Shown in pieces: positions 27,571-37,081 of a stretch of DNA of 64,000 nt. Position 1 is the stretch's first letter. Each line of letters begins with the position of its first letter. The stretch spans positions 992,001-1,056,000 of the forward strand of contig OZ219753.1 of the NCBI GenBank assembly GCA_964291315.2, in the 5' to 3' direction. The notes under the pieces are model-generated. The model was not told the origin of the DNA, ran no database searches, and saw nothing but the letters and a program-made list of their open reading frames with translations. Both the position numbers and the translations under genes were made by a program. This stretch comes from Candidatus Poribacteria bacterium (GTDB taxonomy: Bacteria > Poribacteria > WGA-4E > WGA-3G).

Positions 27571-29370
27571 TTAAATCCGAAAAATTTCCCCTAATTTTCC
27601 GCCGAGTACACGCCCTGCGCCGAGCAGGCAGGCAATTAGGATTAACATGCCGACCACGCCGAGTGCGCTCGCCGTGTAGGGGCCGTGATCGGGGCGTTGA
27701 GAGAGTGACCAAATTGCTTTTGTAATCGGATAGTGCTGGTCTTTCATTGCTAGTATTAAGCTGTCGCTTACTTCGAGCATTGAGAAGGAGAATACCAGAA
27801 TCGCGCCGGCCAGGATATTTGCGATGACCAGGGGCAGTGTAATTTTATATAACGTCCGGATCGGCGTGGCGCCCATATTTTGTGATGCTTCTTCATATGA
27901 GACGCTGGTCTGCTGAAGTCCGGCATAGATAGAGCGCAGCATGTAGGGTAGCCGTCGCACTGCATAGCTGATAATCAGGAGAAAGGTTGGGTTCTGACGT
28001 GGATCGATCAGAGAGATAAAACGTTCTGGCAGATGCCGCAGCACGAAGGTTGTATCTGAGAAGCTGCCGAGATACCCAAACGCGATTGCGACTCCTGGTA
28101 GAGCGAGGGGGAGCATTGCAACCGCGTCCAATAGATTCTGGAAGGGGAGGCGTTTGCGAGTCAACAGATAGGAGACCACAACCCCGACGACTAGCGCCAG
28201 CAGTGTACTGAAAATACTGTATTTCAGGCTGTTAAGAATACTCGGGAGCGTATCGTCGTGTGTGAAGGTTTCCACGTAGTGTGACAATGTCCATGATTTT
28301 GGCAGCACGCTCAGTCGCCATGCGCTGGCATCTGGCGTTAAAGAGACCATAATAACGCTGATGTGTGGTAACAGCGCCATGAGTGTCAATCCGCCGATAA
28401 ACAGGTAGATAACCGTGCGCATGATCCGGCTTGCCTCCACTTCGCGTGAGGTTACATGTCCTCTGCCGAGCATTTCATAATGTCTGCTCCCGGTCCACCG
28501 TTTGGAAAAATAGAAGGCGAGTGCTGTTAGAGCAATGATTAGCACCACTAAGGCGTATCCCATGGGGTTGGCGTTCGCCTCGGTTACTTGTCGGAAAATG
28601 CGGACTGCGATAACTTCGTTGTAATCGAAGATTAGGGGGGTGCCGAGATCGGTGAATGCCCAGATAAAGACTAGTATTGCGCCGGCGAAGTAGCCGGGCA
28701 TCATCAAGGGGAGCGTTATCTGCCGGAAGACCTGAAAACGTGATGCGCCCATATTTTCTGCGGCTTCCTCTAAGCTGGGGTCTACGTTTGCGAGTGCTGC
28801 GACAATGTTGAGATACATTATGGGATACAGGTGCAGTGTTGAGAGCATCACCACTCCCCAGAAGCCGCCGCGGAACCAGTCGATAGTTTCGGTTATGTCG
28901 ATCAAGTTCAGTTTCACAAGGAGCATATTGATGCTGCCATATAGTCCGAAGAACTGCTGCATGCCAATTGCGCCCACGAAAGGCGGCATGATCATCGGGA
29001 TCAGGATAACAGCTCGTAATGTGTTGCGGCCTGGATACCGGAATCGCGTTAAAAAATAGGCTAGGGGGAGACTCACAAAGCTTGTGGCCGTTGTAACCGC
29101 AACCCCGATTTTGAAACTGTTGATAACCAGCTCTCGGATGTTAGGGTCGGTAACCATCAATTTGAAGTAGACGAGGTTAAATTTGTTTTCTATCCAGAAT
29201 GCTTCCTTGAAAACATAGAGGAGGGGGTATATGAGGAAGACAACAAAAAACAGCGTTGTTAACCCCAAAACCGTCATGATAGCGGGCGTTAAATCGTATC
29301 GGCGTCTGATCTTGTCGATGACAGACAGGTTTCTTTGAGGGCTCTGTTTTGCGTTTTGGCGATCCAGCAT
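27571..29370 (-). CDS. ABC transporter permease, FbpB/iron(III)-type (two fused permease domains)
   Basis: About 12 TM, two EAA loops (LEEAAENMGAS, YEEASQNMGAT). Confidence 0.88.
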   Translation of the reverse strand: MLDRQNAKQSPQRNLSVIDKIRRRYDLTPAIMTVLGLTTLFFVVFLIYPLLYVFKEAFWIENKFNLVYFKLMVTDPNIRELVINSFKIGVAVTTATSFVSLPLAYFLTRFRYPGRNTLRAVILIPMIMPPFVGAIGMQQFFGLYGSINMLLVKLNLIDITETIDWFRGGFWGVVMLSTLHLYPIMYLNIVAALANVDPSLEEAAENMGASRFQVFRQITLPLMMPGYFAGAILVFIWAFTDLGTPLIFDYNEVIAVRIFRQVTEANANPMGYALVVLIIALTALAFYFSKRWTGSRHYEMLGRGHVTSREVEASRIMRTVIYLFIGGLTLMALLPHISVIMVSLTPDASAWRLSVLPKSWTLSHYVETFTHDDTLPSILNSLKYSIFSTLLALVVGVVVSYLLTRKRLPFQNLLDAVAMLPLALPGVAIAFGYLGSFSDTTFVLRHLPERFISLIDPRQNPTFLLIISYAVRRLPYMLRSIYAGLQQTSVSYEEASQNMGATPIRTLYKITLPLVIANILAGAILVFSFSMLEVSDSLILAMKDQHYPITKAIWSLSQRPDHGPYTASALGVVGMLILIACLLGAGRVLGGKLGEIFRI

Positions 29371-29541
29371 ATCTTTTTTGACCTTTTACTTTCCGCTTCC
29401 TTTCCGCTTCCGACAGAGGATGCAGCTATTTTATTCGTCATGCCGACTGATAAACAGCTCAATAATTATAACCGATATGCCTTATGTATTGCATCTATTT
29501 TTTAGCCCCGGGTTTATTAACGGCTATTTTACCAGGGCTTG

Positions 29542-29570
29542 TTGAAACGAAACACAATTCATGCTATACT
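29542..29570 (+). promoter_or_regulatory. sigma70-type promoter, with the -10 region tandemly duplicated
   Basis: TTGAAA-N17-TATACT with TGn; TTCATGCTATAC occurs twice (29558-29581). Confidence 0.6.
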
Positions 29571-29623
29571 TCATGCTATACTTTTATAGATATATTTACA
29601 ATGGCAGAATTATAGCACGGTTT

Positions 29624-30751
29624 ATGGCGACAGTAAAACTCGAAAACATTACGAAGCGATTCGGTGATCTGACCGCACTTGACGACATCAGTCTTGATAT
29701 TCGAGACGAGGAGTTCTTTGTTCTCCTCGGACAAACGAGCGCTGGGAAAACGACCACGCTTCGCTGTATCGCAGGCTTGGACAAACCGGAAGAGGGCACG
29801 ATCTACTTAAATGGTGTGAGCGTTAACGATAAAACCCCGGCGGAACGTGATGTCGCTTTCGTGTTCCAATCTCATATCCTCTATCCACATCTCAGCGTTT
29901 ATGAGAACATGGCGTTTCCACTCCATCCGAGATCTTTGTCTGGGGAAGAAATTGACCGGCGCGTTAGGGATATTGCGGAGATGCTCCATATTGAGCATCT
30001 TCTTGCGCGAAGGCCGAATCAATTGAGCGGTGGCGAAACCCAGCGCGTTGGCCTCGGGCGGGCTATGGTCCGGCGCCCTCAAGTCTTCCTGATGGATGAG
30101 CCTATCTCTAATCTTGACGCGAAGCTCCGCGCAGAAATGCGCGCCGAGATACGTTGGAGACAGCGGGAGCTCGGCACAACTACTCTCTATGTGACGCACG
30201 ATCAGGTTGAAGCGATGTCCATGGCAGACCGGATCGCTGTCTTGGAAGCGGGCAGAATACAACAGCTGGGAACCCCCGCTGACATCTACGACCACCCGGC
30301 GAATCTCTTTGTCGCGGGATTCATGGGTAACCCTAGCATGAACTGCATCCCGTCTGAAATCTCTAGTGCCAACGGCGAACTGCGTTTGACTTTGGCAGGC
30401 GAGACACTGCAGCGCAATTCGGTAACAATCCAGAACCGAAATATTAGCAAAATTTTAAAGGACAGCGATCCAAATCGAGAATTTGTTTTCGGAATACATC
30501 CTGAAGATGTTAGTGTGAGGCATCAAGCGATGGCAAATGCGTTTGGCGCTGAGGTCTATAGCATTGAGCCGCTCGGCGCAGAAACAGTAGTCGAACTAAC
30601 GCTCGGCACTGATGCCGCAGGCGTACATACAATACTTAAGGCATGCACAGTCCCCGACTTTCAAGCAGAGATTGGACAGCAAGTATACGTTACTTTTGCC
30701 GCCGATCGGATGCGTTTTTTTGACAAAACCACTGGCAACGCCTTGTTGTAA
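29624..30751 (+). CDS. ABC transporter ATP-binding protein, MalK/UgpC family
   Basis: GQTSAGKTT, LSGGE, LMDEP, YVTHDQ, C-terminal TOBE; starts MATVKL. Confidence 0.92.
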   Translation: MATVKLENITKRFGDLTALDDISLDIRDEEFFVLLGQTSAGKTTTLRCIAGLDKPEEGTIYLNGVSVNDKTPAERDVAFVFQSHILYPHLSVYENMAFPLHPRSLSGEEIDRRVRDIAEMLHIEHLLARRPNQLSGGETQRVGLGRAMVRRPQVFLMDEPISNLDAKLRAEMRAEIRWRQRELGTTTLYVTHDQVEAMSMADRIAVLEAGRIQQLGTPADIYDHPANLFVAGFMGNPSMNCIPSEISSANGELRLTLAGETLQRNSVTIQNRNISKILKDSDPNREFVFGIHPEDVSVRHQAMANAFGAEVYSIEPLGAETVVELTLGTDAAGVHTILKACTVPDFQAEIGQQVYVTFAADRMRFFDKTTGNALL

Positions 30752-30921
30752 GGGGTATCTGTAACCGTGATTCCTTAGCAATTATGAATTGGCAACTCAG
30801 GCTCTTTAACCTTATTCCAAATTTTCTAAAACGGATCGGGTGTCAATTACTGCGCCGACTTGGACATAACCCGGATGCGTGGCTGGAAAACTTTATCAGA
30901 AAACATAGAGGAGACTAATAC

Positions 30922-32556
30922 GTGAAAGGCGGAGATATTCTGATTGAATGCTTGAAAGCGCAAGGTGTTTCGGCAATTTTTGGCATGCCGGGCACCCAAA
31001 ATATCCATATCTACGATGCTTTGCTGCGGCGCGGCAAGGATGTGATCGCTCCGTATCTTGTTCGACATGAATACGCGGCAACGCAGATGGCGGATGGTTT
31101 TGCACGCGCAACAGGCGAACCCGGGGTGGCTATCACAGTGCCGGGCCCCGGGGCAAGCAACGCGTCTACCGGAATTCTAGAGGCGTTCACGGATTGCTCG
31201 CCCGTCTTACTGCTTACGGGGCAGAGCGATTCCAGATTCTATAGCAAACATCCGAGCAAGATGTTTCACGGATTAGACCAGATGCGCTTTTTTGAACCTA
31301 TTACGAAATATTGTGCTATTGCTCATACTGTTGCTGAGATACCGGTTGTTGTTGAAAACGCCTTTAAAGCGATGCGAAACGGCAGGCCGGGGCCCACAGT
31401 GTTAGAATTTCCAACTGATGTTGTCACAGCGGAAGGCGAGGTTCGGATCCCCGCGCGTGTAGAGCGAAGCGAATTAGCGCGACCCGACGATACGGATCTC
31501 GGCGCGGCTGTTGAAATGGTCCGCAATGCCAGAATGCCCTTGATCTTCGCTGGTTCCGCAGTGTTTCACTCAAATGCCCGCGAAGAATTACGTCTCCTTG
31601 CAGAAAAATTAAACGCCCCTGTTATTGTTACTCGGAACGCAAAAGGCGTTCTGCCGGAAGACCATCCGTTAGCGCTCCAAATTTGCTACGGTTATCTCGG
31701 CCGCGAGGCGCTCCAACGCGCCGATTGTCTCATCGGAATTGGGCCGCGTTTTACCTCTATCGATACCCGAAATTGGAGTCTGGCGTTGCCGGACACGTTC
31801 ATTCAGATTGATGAAGATGCGAACGAGATCGGGCTTGAATATCCGTGTGATGTCGGTGTGGTTGGCGACTTGAAGTTGAGTTTGCAAGCGCTCATAGAAG
31901 AGGTTATTCCCGGTCAAAACGACTGGAGCGAAATAGTGGCAAAGCTCCGAGCGAAGTTTGAGGCGCAGCCTGCGTTACCGATTATTCATGAATTACAAGA
32001 GGTGCTTCCACGCGACACTATCTACGCGATTGATGTCCACGCTTTGGGCTACGCCTCATTTGCTGAATTTCCGATCTACGATCCACGGACCTTCCTCTAC
32101 CCGAATATCGGTGTGGCGTTAGGACATGCCTATCCTGCGGCTATCGGTGCGAAAGTTGCCTATCCTGAGCGTCCGGTTATCTGTTTTAGTGGCGATGGCG
32201 GTTTCTTGATGGGTGCCGTAGAAATGGCAACGGCTATGAAATACGGCATTAACGTTGTGGCGATTGTCGTTAATGATGGGGCTTTGTCAGCGATTAAAGG
32301 TTCGCAATTGAAAAGTTGTGAGGGGCGCACAATTGATACTGACCTGCTTAATCCTGATTTCGTAGAGTTCGCGCGTTCTTTTGGTGCGTATGCGGAGCGG
32401 GTTGAAAATTTGCGGGACTTCAAGGCGACTCTCGGCGAGGCTCTTGCGGCTGAAAGGCCGGCGCTCATTGAGGTGATGCTGCAAGGGAAACAAAACGAAC
32501 TGATTAACGCAATCGATTGGTTGTGGACTGACTCGCTCCGAACAACACGTTTTTAA
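30922..32556 (+). CDS. thiamine-diphosphate enzyme, acetolactate-synthase-like superfamily
   Basis: IFGMPG, RHE..A..MADGFAR, GPGASN, GDGGF..N motif. Confidence 0.9.
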   Translation: MKGGDILIECLKAQGVSAIFGMPGTQNIHIYDALLRRGKDVIAPYLVRHEYAATQMADGFARATGEPGVAITVPGPGASNASTGILEAFTDCSPVLLLTGQSDSRFYSKHPSKMFHGLDQMRFFEPITKYCAIAHTVAEIPVVVENAFKAMRNGRPGPTVLEFPTDVVTAEGEVRIPARVERSELARPDDTDLGAAVEMVRNARMPLIFAGSAVFHSNAREELRLLAEKLNAPVIVTRNAKGVLPEDHPLALQICYGYLGREALQRADCLIGIGPRFTSIDTRNWSLALPDTFIQIDEDANEIGLEYPCDVGVVGDLKLSLQALIEEVIPGQNDWSEIVAKLRAKFEAQPALPIIHELQEVLPRDTIYAIDVHALGYASFAEFPIYDPRTFLYPNIGVALGHAYPAAIGAKVAYPERPVICFSGDGGFLMGAVEMATAMKYGINVVAIVVNDGALSAIKGSQLKSCEGRTIDTDLLNPDFVEFARSFGAYAERVENLRDFKATLGEALAAERPALIEVMLQGKQNELINAIDWLWTDSLRTTRF

Positions 32557-32701
32557 GGTGTTTAACGTGTTGTTTGTTAGAGACAAAAATTGTATAAGCA
32601 CAACGTCCTATGTGTAGGAACCCCGTTTATGAACCGAAATTTTCATTGTGTTGAAAGAGAAGATGTCAGATAATTGAAAGCAGCGTAAAGGAGATAAACG
32701 C

Positions 32702-33109
32702 ATGAACGGGATGGAAAAAGTTGTAAAGCACTTAGAGATGACACAAGCGGTTATTAATCGTTTGGGTCGTAACAGTTCCATCCTCAAAAGCTGGAGTATG
32801 ACGATTCTTGTCGCAGCCATGGTTTTAATCGCTAGAGCAGATCTACAGAACCCGTATTTCGTTTTGACGCTTTTCCTTCCGATTGTAGGTTTTTGGATTT
32901 TGGACGGTTACTTTCTCTGTCAGGAACGTCTGTTTCGGCAAGTCTATGAGGATGTACGGCAGCAAAGCGACACAGATTTCAAGATGGACTTCGGCAGACA
33001 CAAGGGCAAACCGAAATGCAGCTGGATATCTGCTATCTTTTCTATCACGCTTACTGTTTTTTATGCGATAGAGGTGCTTTTCGTCGGGGCGATCGCTTAT
33101 TTTCTTTAA
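32702..33109 (+). CDS. small 3-TM membrane protein
   Basis: AAGGAG RBS; KHLE..Q.VINRL..NS..LK.W and FW.LDGYFL.QERLFR motifs; three hydrophobic segments. Confidence 0.75.
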   Translation: MNGMEKVVKHLEMTQAVINRLGRNSSILKSWSMTILVAAMVLIARADLQNPYFVLTLFLPIVGFWILDGYFLCQERLFRQVYEDVRQQSDTDFKMDFGRHKGKPKCSWISAIFSITLTVFYAIEVLFVGAIAYFL

Positions 33110-33504
33110 TTTACACAAGAGAACCGTTGGGATATAGATCTGAGGCTGCGCGTATGTTAGGAGCCTTTGGATGCGCGGATTTTCGAGTCCTCAGGTTTGT
33201 TCGTTTATCCGTTACGCTATAGGATACGAGCGGAGCGCATTTTCGTTAAAAATAGGGACTCTTCAGCAGTCTGCTGCGTGAAAAGGCGAGCGTCAAAAAA
33301 CTACGCCACTGCAAAGCATTCTTGAGACAAAGATGCGTCTGTTTATGTAGCAAGATCCGGCCTAAATTCAGGAACGTGTCTCTCAGGCATTATATCATAT
33401 GCCGCGCCTTTAATCTAATCTAATCTAACGCGAGCTTGAAAAGCGTTTGAGGTTTAAGGGGCTTTGTGCGTTGTATCCGCGAATTTTTTGTCGTGAAAAA
33501 ATAT

Positions 33505-33533
33505 TTGCATTCGGGCGACTTTAAAGATATAAT
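33505..33533 (+). promoter_or_regulatory. sigma70-type promoter P1, far upstream of the LTD genes
   Basis: TTGCAT-N17-TATAAT. Confidence 0.6.
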
Positions 33534-33657
33534 TGGAAATTGGCACTGTTATGTAGGTAGGAGAGTGACATTGATCGGTGATGTTAGCTCTATCTGCTTA
33601 ATTCAGAAGAAGCATGACAGAAGGAAGCAGCATTCCTATTTTTTTTGATACGTTTTC

Positions 33658-33687
33658 TTGACTTTTTGCGTTATAGGCCTGTATACT
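33658..33687 (+). promoter_or_regulatory. sigma70-type promoter P2
   Basis: TTGACT-N18-TATACT. Confidence 0.55.
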
Positions 33688-34146
33688 ATTAAAATGTATG
33701 TCCTTACGCGCCGCTATTTTTTAAGGTGCGAACCTATGTTGTAACTCCAGATGTCATTCAAGGGTGCTGGAAATCGGGCGGTTTCTCAAAGAAAACGGCA
33801 CTGAAGTAACACTTAAATATAGAGAACTGAGGTTTTCCCTCAGCGTAAATTTGACGTGTAAGTAAGAGAGAGTGGATTCGCAATTTCTGCGTCCATCACT
33901 GGTATTATAGAGTGTTGATCTTTGCAGTTTCAAGCTGTATCTGTTGCTCATCCTATCGTCAGATTTTGTTATTTTTTTTTTTCTGAAATCTAGCGTGAGT
34001 GCGATATAGAGAATAATGGGGGGAGTTGAGAGAGATTCTCGGCATAAAGTTGATTTCGTAAAGAGAGGGCATGGATTTGTCAACCTTGACTCCATCTCTT
34101 ATCTTGTCTATCTTTAACTTAACAATAACAGAGGAGAATGCACGTA

Positions 34147-36993
34147 ATGTTATGGAATAAAATTAGAATTTTCGTGGTTTTAGGGATCATGTTTGTCTTT
34201 GCAACCACACACACTTTTGGTATCTTTGGACCTGTAACTGGCACGGGTAACGATGCCTATCAGCAGTGGACTCAACTCAAGAAAGCCAAGGGCTTTTCGA
34301 TCATTATGAAGAGTTACGCTCTCATTGTTGCCACTCCTAAAGTTGACAGAAGTATTGGCGTTAACCAGCGTATAGCTAACGATGTACATGGGCAGGAAGT
34401 CGATGATTTGGCAGACCTGAAGGATTTACTGGTGCGCGGCGGCGCCATCACAATTTCAATGCGGGTGCCGACGGCAGCCGAAATTACCAGCGATGGCGCT
34501 GACAAGCATAGCCTGAAAGCCGATGCGTCAGCTGCGGATCTGATGAAGATGAAGCACCGTGTCGTCATCACCGAGGTGAATTGGGGGACGGATACCCCGC
34601 ACAGAACCGGTGCGCAATGGTTTGAACTCTATAACGCCGGCACTTTGAAATCCAAGGATTATATCAGATGGCGCACGCATGCCAGTTTAGACGCCGCCGC
34701 TGTCCCTGAACCGGGTAAGACGTTCATGTGGGACGATGACGGTAATGGGGAGCGCAAGTTTGTTGTTTTGGATCGTGTCGCCACGATCGATCGTTTTGGT
34801 AACCCGTGGGAGCTGAAAGGTGCGGATGGCGATACTGCCGATGGTGAGCCCGATGCTGATCCTTCTACCACTGAGATTGATCTACCTACCGATAGGGATA
34901 CCGGGGATCCTGACAATGCGATGACCTCCATGTATCGCAAGATCGATCTAGATGACACGGGTATGGCGTATAAAGTGGAAGGCGGAAAACTGAAAGGCCT
35001 CGGAGAAGGCAACGCAGCCAGCTCCTGGGAGGCGTCTAAATATAAGGGTAAGTATATCCTCTATGGCAATTACAAAGGGAGTCCCGGGGCAGTCCACTCG
35101 AAAAATCCGGGTGGCCCGGGTGCAGCCTTGTTTAATATGACCCCCGCCTCTATCTCTCACACAGGCATCATCATCAACGAGGTGCGAAACGACTCTTCAG
35201 ACGAGAACTTGGATTGGATAGAGCTGTTCTATAACAGTGATGATCCCGAAGCCAAGCCTGTGAATATAGAGAACTATAAGCTGAGCCTGGTGATGGGGAA
35301 GATGAAGTCTGATGGCAGCTATCACGAGTCGGGTGATGCCAACTTCACGGAGACCAAACTCGCTGTGCTGCCGAAATACGAGATGACACCGGGCGAGTAT
35401 GTAGTGGTCTATAACCGGGAGCCTGGGAAGAGTGTTACGTTTGCTGGCGGTGAAAAACTTCAGGATCTCTCTGCGAAAACGCACATCAAAAAGGGTGCCA
35501 CACACAAGTATGTGGTAGAGGCAGACCTGAAGCTGCCTGCTGAAGGCAAGTTCTTGATCCTGCTGCGCACGCGGAATAGTGCGGATGACGTTGGCAAGCC
35601 GTCAAATGTCAAAGATTATGCCGGCAACGGTTTCTTTAAGCGCATGGAAGATAAGAAGTTCGATACGAGTGTGTGGCCGTTTGTGGCGTGGTCTGCCCCG
35701 GGAGACGTTGAGGACTTCGGTAGCATGAACACCTTCGCCTCTACGAGTATGTCGTTCGGTCGGGGGGCCCAGTTGAGCTCGAAGGGCATGTATTGGGCGA
35801 AGTCTCGTGCGAACCGTGTTCACAAAGACGATTGGATGACGTTCGGTTTCATGGGTGCTGGCTACGATCGCGGGCGCGATAAAACGGTTGACACAGCGAG
35901 TGCCCCTGGCACGCCGGGGTATCCGAACATAGGGGTGAGTATGATCGCGGATGACAAAAACACCGCATCGACTGACGATGACTACGTCTTCGATGGGAAA
36001 GTGAGCATCAGCGAGATTATGTTTGATGCGGGGCCGCGCTCGAACTTGGCGCAGTGGATAGAGTTGTACAACAGCTCTATGACAGAGACGCTAGACCTTG
36101 CGGGCTGGGAGTTAGAGGTTCGCAATGAGCGGACAGAGATGGGTTCTTATGTCAATGCGAAGTTCACATTTGCTGCGGACACGTATCTGCCGCCGAATCA
36201 GACGTTGCTGCTGGTGTCGAACAATGGTGCGAACGATGTTGCGGAGAACTACGTCTATAACTTGCAGGAGAAGCACGGGACTGCTCTGGGTTTGACAGTG
36301 CGGGGTCGGCAGCTGCTGAGTGCGGCGGGCTTCCATCTGGAGCTTCGTGCGAAGGTCAACACAAGCGGTGACTCGGCGTTGATGGTAGTAGACACAGCTG
36401 GCAACCTTGAGATATCGGGGACGGTGCGCACCCACGCCTGGGATTTGCCCGAGCGCGGTGAGATGCGGATGTCTATCACCCGCACGTATAAAGGCGGTTC
36501 CAATCCGGATGATGGTTTGATGCAAGCCTCTTGGCGGCAGGCAAACCTAGCAGGTGCCTCGCTGACGTACTACGGACACCGGGACGATATCGGTTCCCCT
36601 GGCTACCGGGTCGGTGGTCCGTTGCCGGTTTCACTCTCGAGTTTCCGTCCTGTGCGCGATGCCTCGACGGGCCACGTTGAGATTACCTGGGTAACGCAGT
36701 CCGAGCTCAACAACGCGGGGTTCAATATCCTGCGCAGCGAAAGCAAGACGGGTGAGTTTGCGGTTATCAACACGAAGGGTCTGATTGCCGGACACGGCAC
36801 GACGTCCGAGAAGCATGTGTATCGCTACACAGATACCGCTGCGAAGCCGAACGTGGTGTATTACTACCAGATAGAAGACGTCTCTATGGACGGGGTGCGG
36901 ACGACGTTACGGACGACGCATCTGCGTGGGGATGTCTCTGCAAGTGGTAAGCTCACAACGCGGTGGGGAGAGCTGAAATCGTCTGACAAATAG
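34147..36993 (+). CDS. large secreted lamin-tail-domain (LTD) protein, paralog 1, with TWG tail
   Basis: Signal peptide; three I[TNS]E[VI]...W[FI]EL[YF] LTD-type repeats; LPVSLSSF Ig-like domain; ends GKLTTRWGELKSSDK; ATG 34147 fits the GAGGAG spacing and the paralog start. Confidence 0.85.
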   Translation: MLWNKIRIFVVLGIMFVFATTHTFGIFGPVTGTGNDAYQQWTQLKKAKGFSIIMKSYALIVATPKVDRSIGVNQRIANDVHGQEVDDLADLKDLLVRGGAITISMRVPTAAEITSDGADKHSLKADASAADLMKMKHRVVITEVNWGTDTPHRTGAQWFELYNAGTLKSKDYIRWRTHASLDAAAVPEPGKTFMWDDDGNGERKFVVLDRVATIDRFGNPWELKGADGDTADGEPDADPSTTEIDLPTDRDTGDPDNAMTSMYRKIDLDDTGMAYKVEGGKLKGLGEGNAASSWEASKYKGKYILYGNYKGSPGAVHSKNPGGPGAALFNMTPASISHTGIIINEVRNDSSDENLDWIELFYNSDDPEAKPVNIENYKLSLVMGKMKSDGSYHESGDANFTETKLAVLPKYEMTPGEYVVVYNREPGKSVTFAGGEKLQDLSAKTHIKKGATHKYVVEADLKLPAEGKFLILLRTRNSADDVGKPSNVKDYAGNGFFKRMEDKKFDTSVWPFVAWSAPGDVEDFGSMNTFASTSMSFGRGAQLSSKGMYWAKSRANRVHKDDWMTFGFMGAGYDRGRDKTVDTASAPGTPGYPNIGVSMIADDKNTASTDDDYVFDGKVSISEIMFDAGPRSNLAQWIELYNSSMTETLDLAGWELEVRNERTEMGSYVNAKFTFAADTYLPPNQTLLLVSNNGANDVAENYVYNLQEKHGTALGLTVRGRQLLSAAGFHLELRAKVNTSGDSALMVVDTAGNLEISGTVRTHAWDLPERGEMRMSITRTYKGGSNPDDGLMQASWRQANLAGASLTYYGHRDDIGSPGYRVGGPLPVSLSSFRPVRDASTGHVEITWVTQSELNNAGFNILRSESKTGEFAVINTKGLIAGHGTTSEKHVYRYTDTAAKPNVVYYYQIEDVSMDGVRTTLRTTHLRGDVSASGKLTTRWGELKSSDK

Positions 36994-37008
36994 CAGACAC
37001 AACATATA

Positions 37009-37054
37009 ACGCAAGCTCGATACATATTCATGCAAATATGTGTCAAGTTTGCGT
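37009..37054 (+). other. 20-bp intergenic hairpin
   Basis: ACGCAAGCUCGAUACAUAUU / AAUAUGUGUCAAGUUUGCGU, 1 mismatch, 2 G-U pairs, no U tract. Confidence 0.7.
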
Positions 37055-37081
37055 CACCAATAACAGAGGAGAACAAAAATA

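Noticed and set aside
33620-33631. GAAGGAAGCAGC resembling SRP RNA helix 8
   Set aside because: The preceding CAGG-TCC-GGAA half and the long closing helix are missing.
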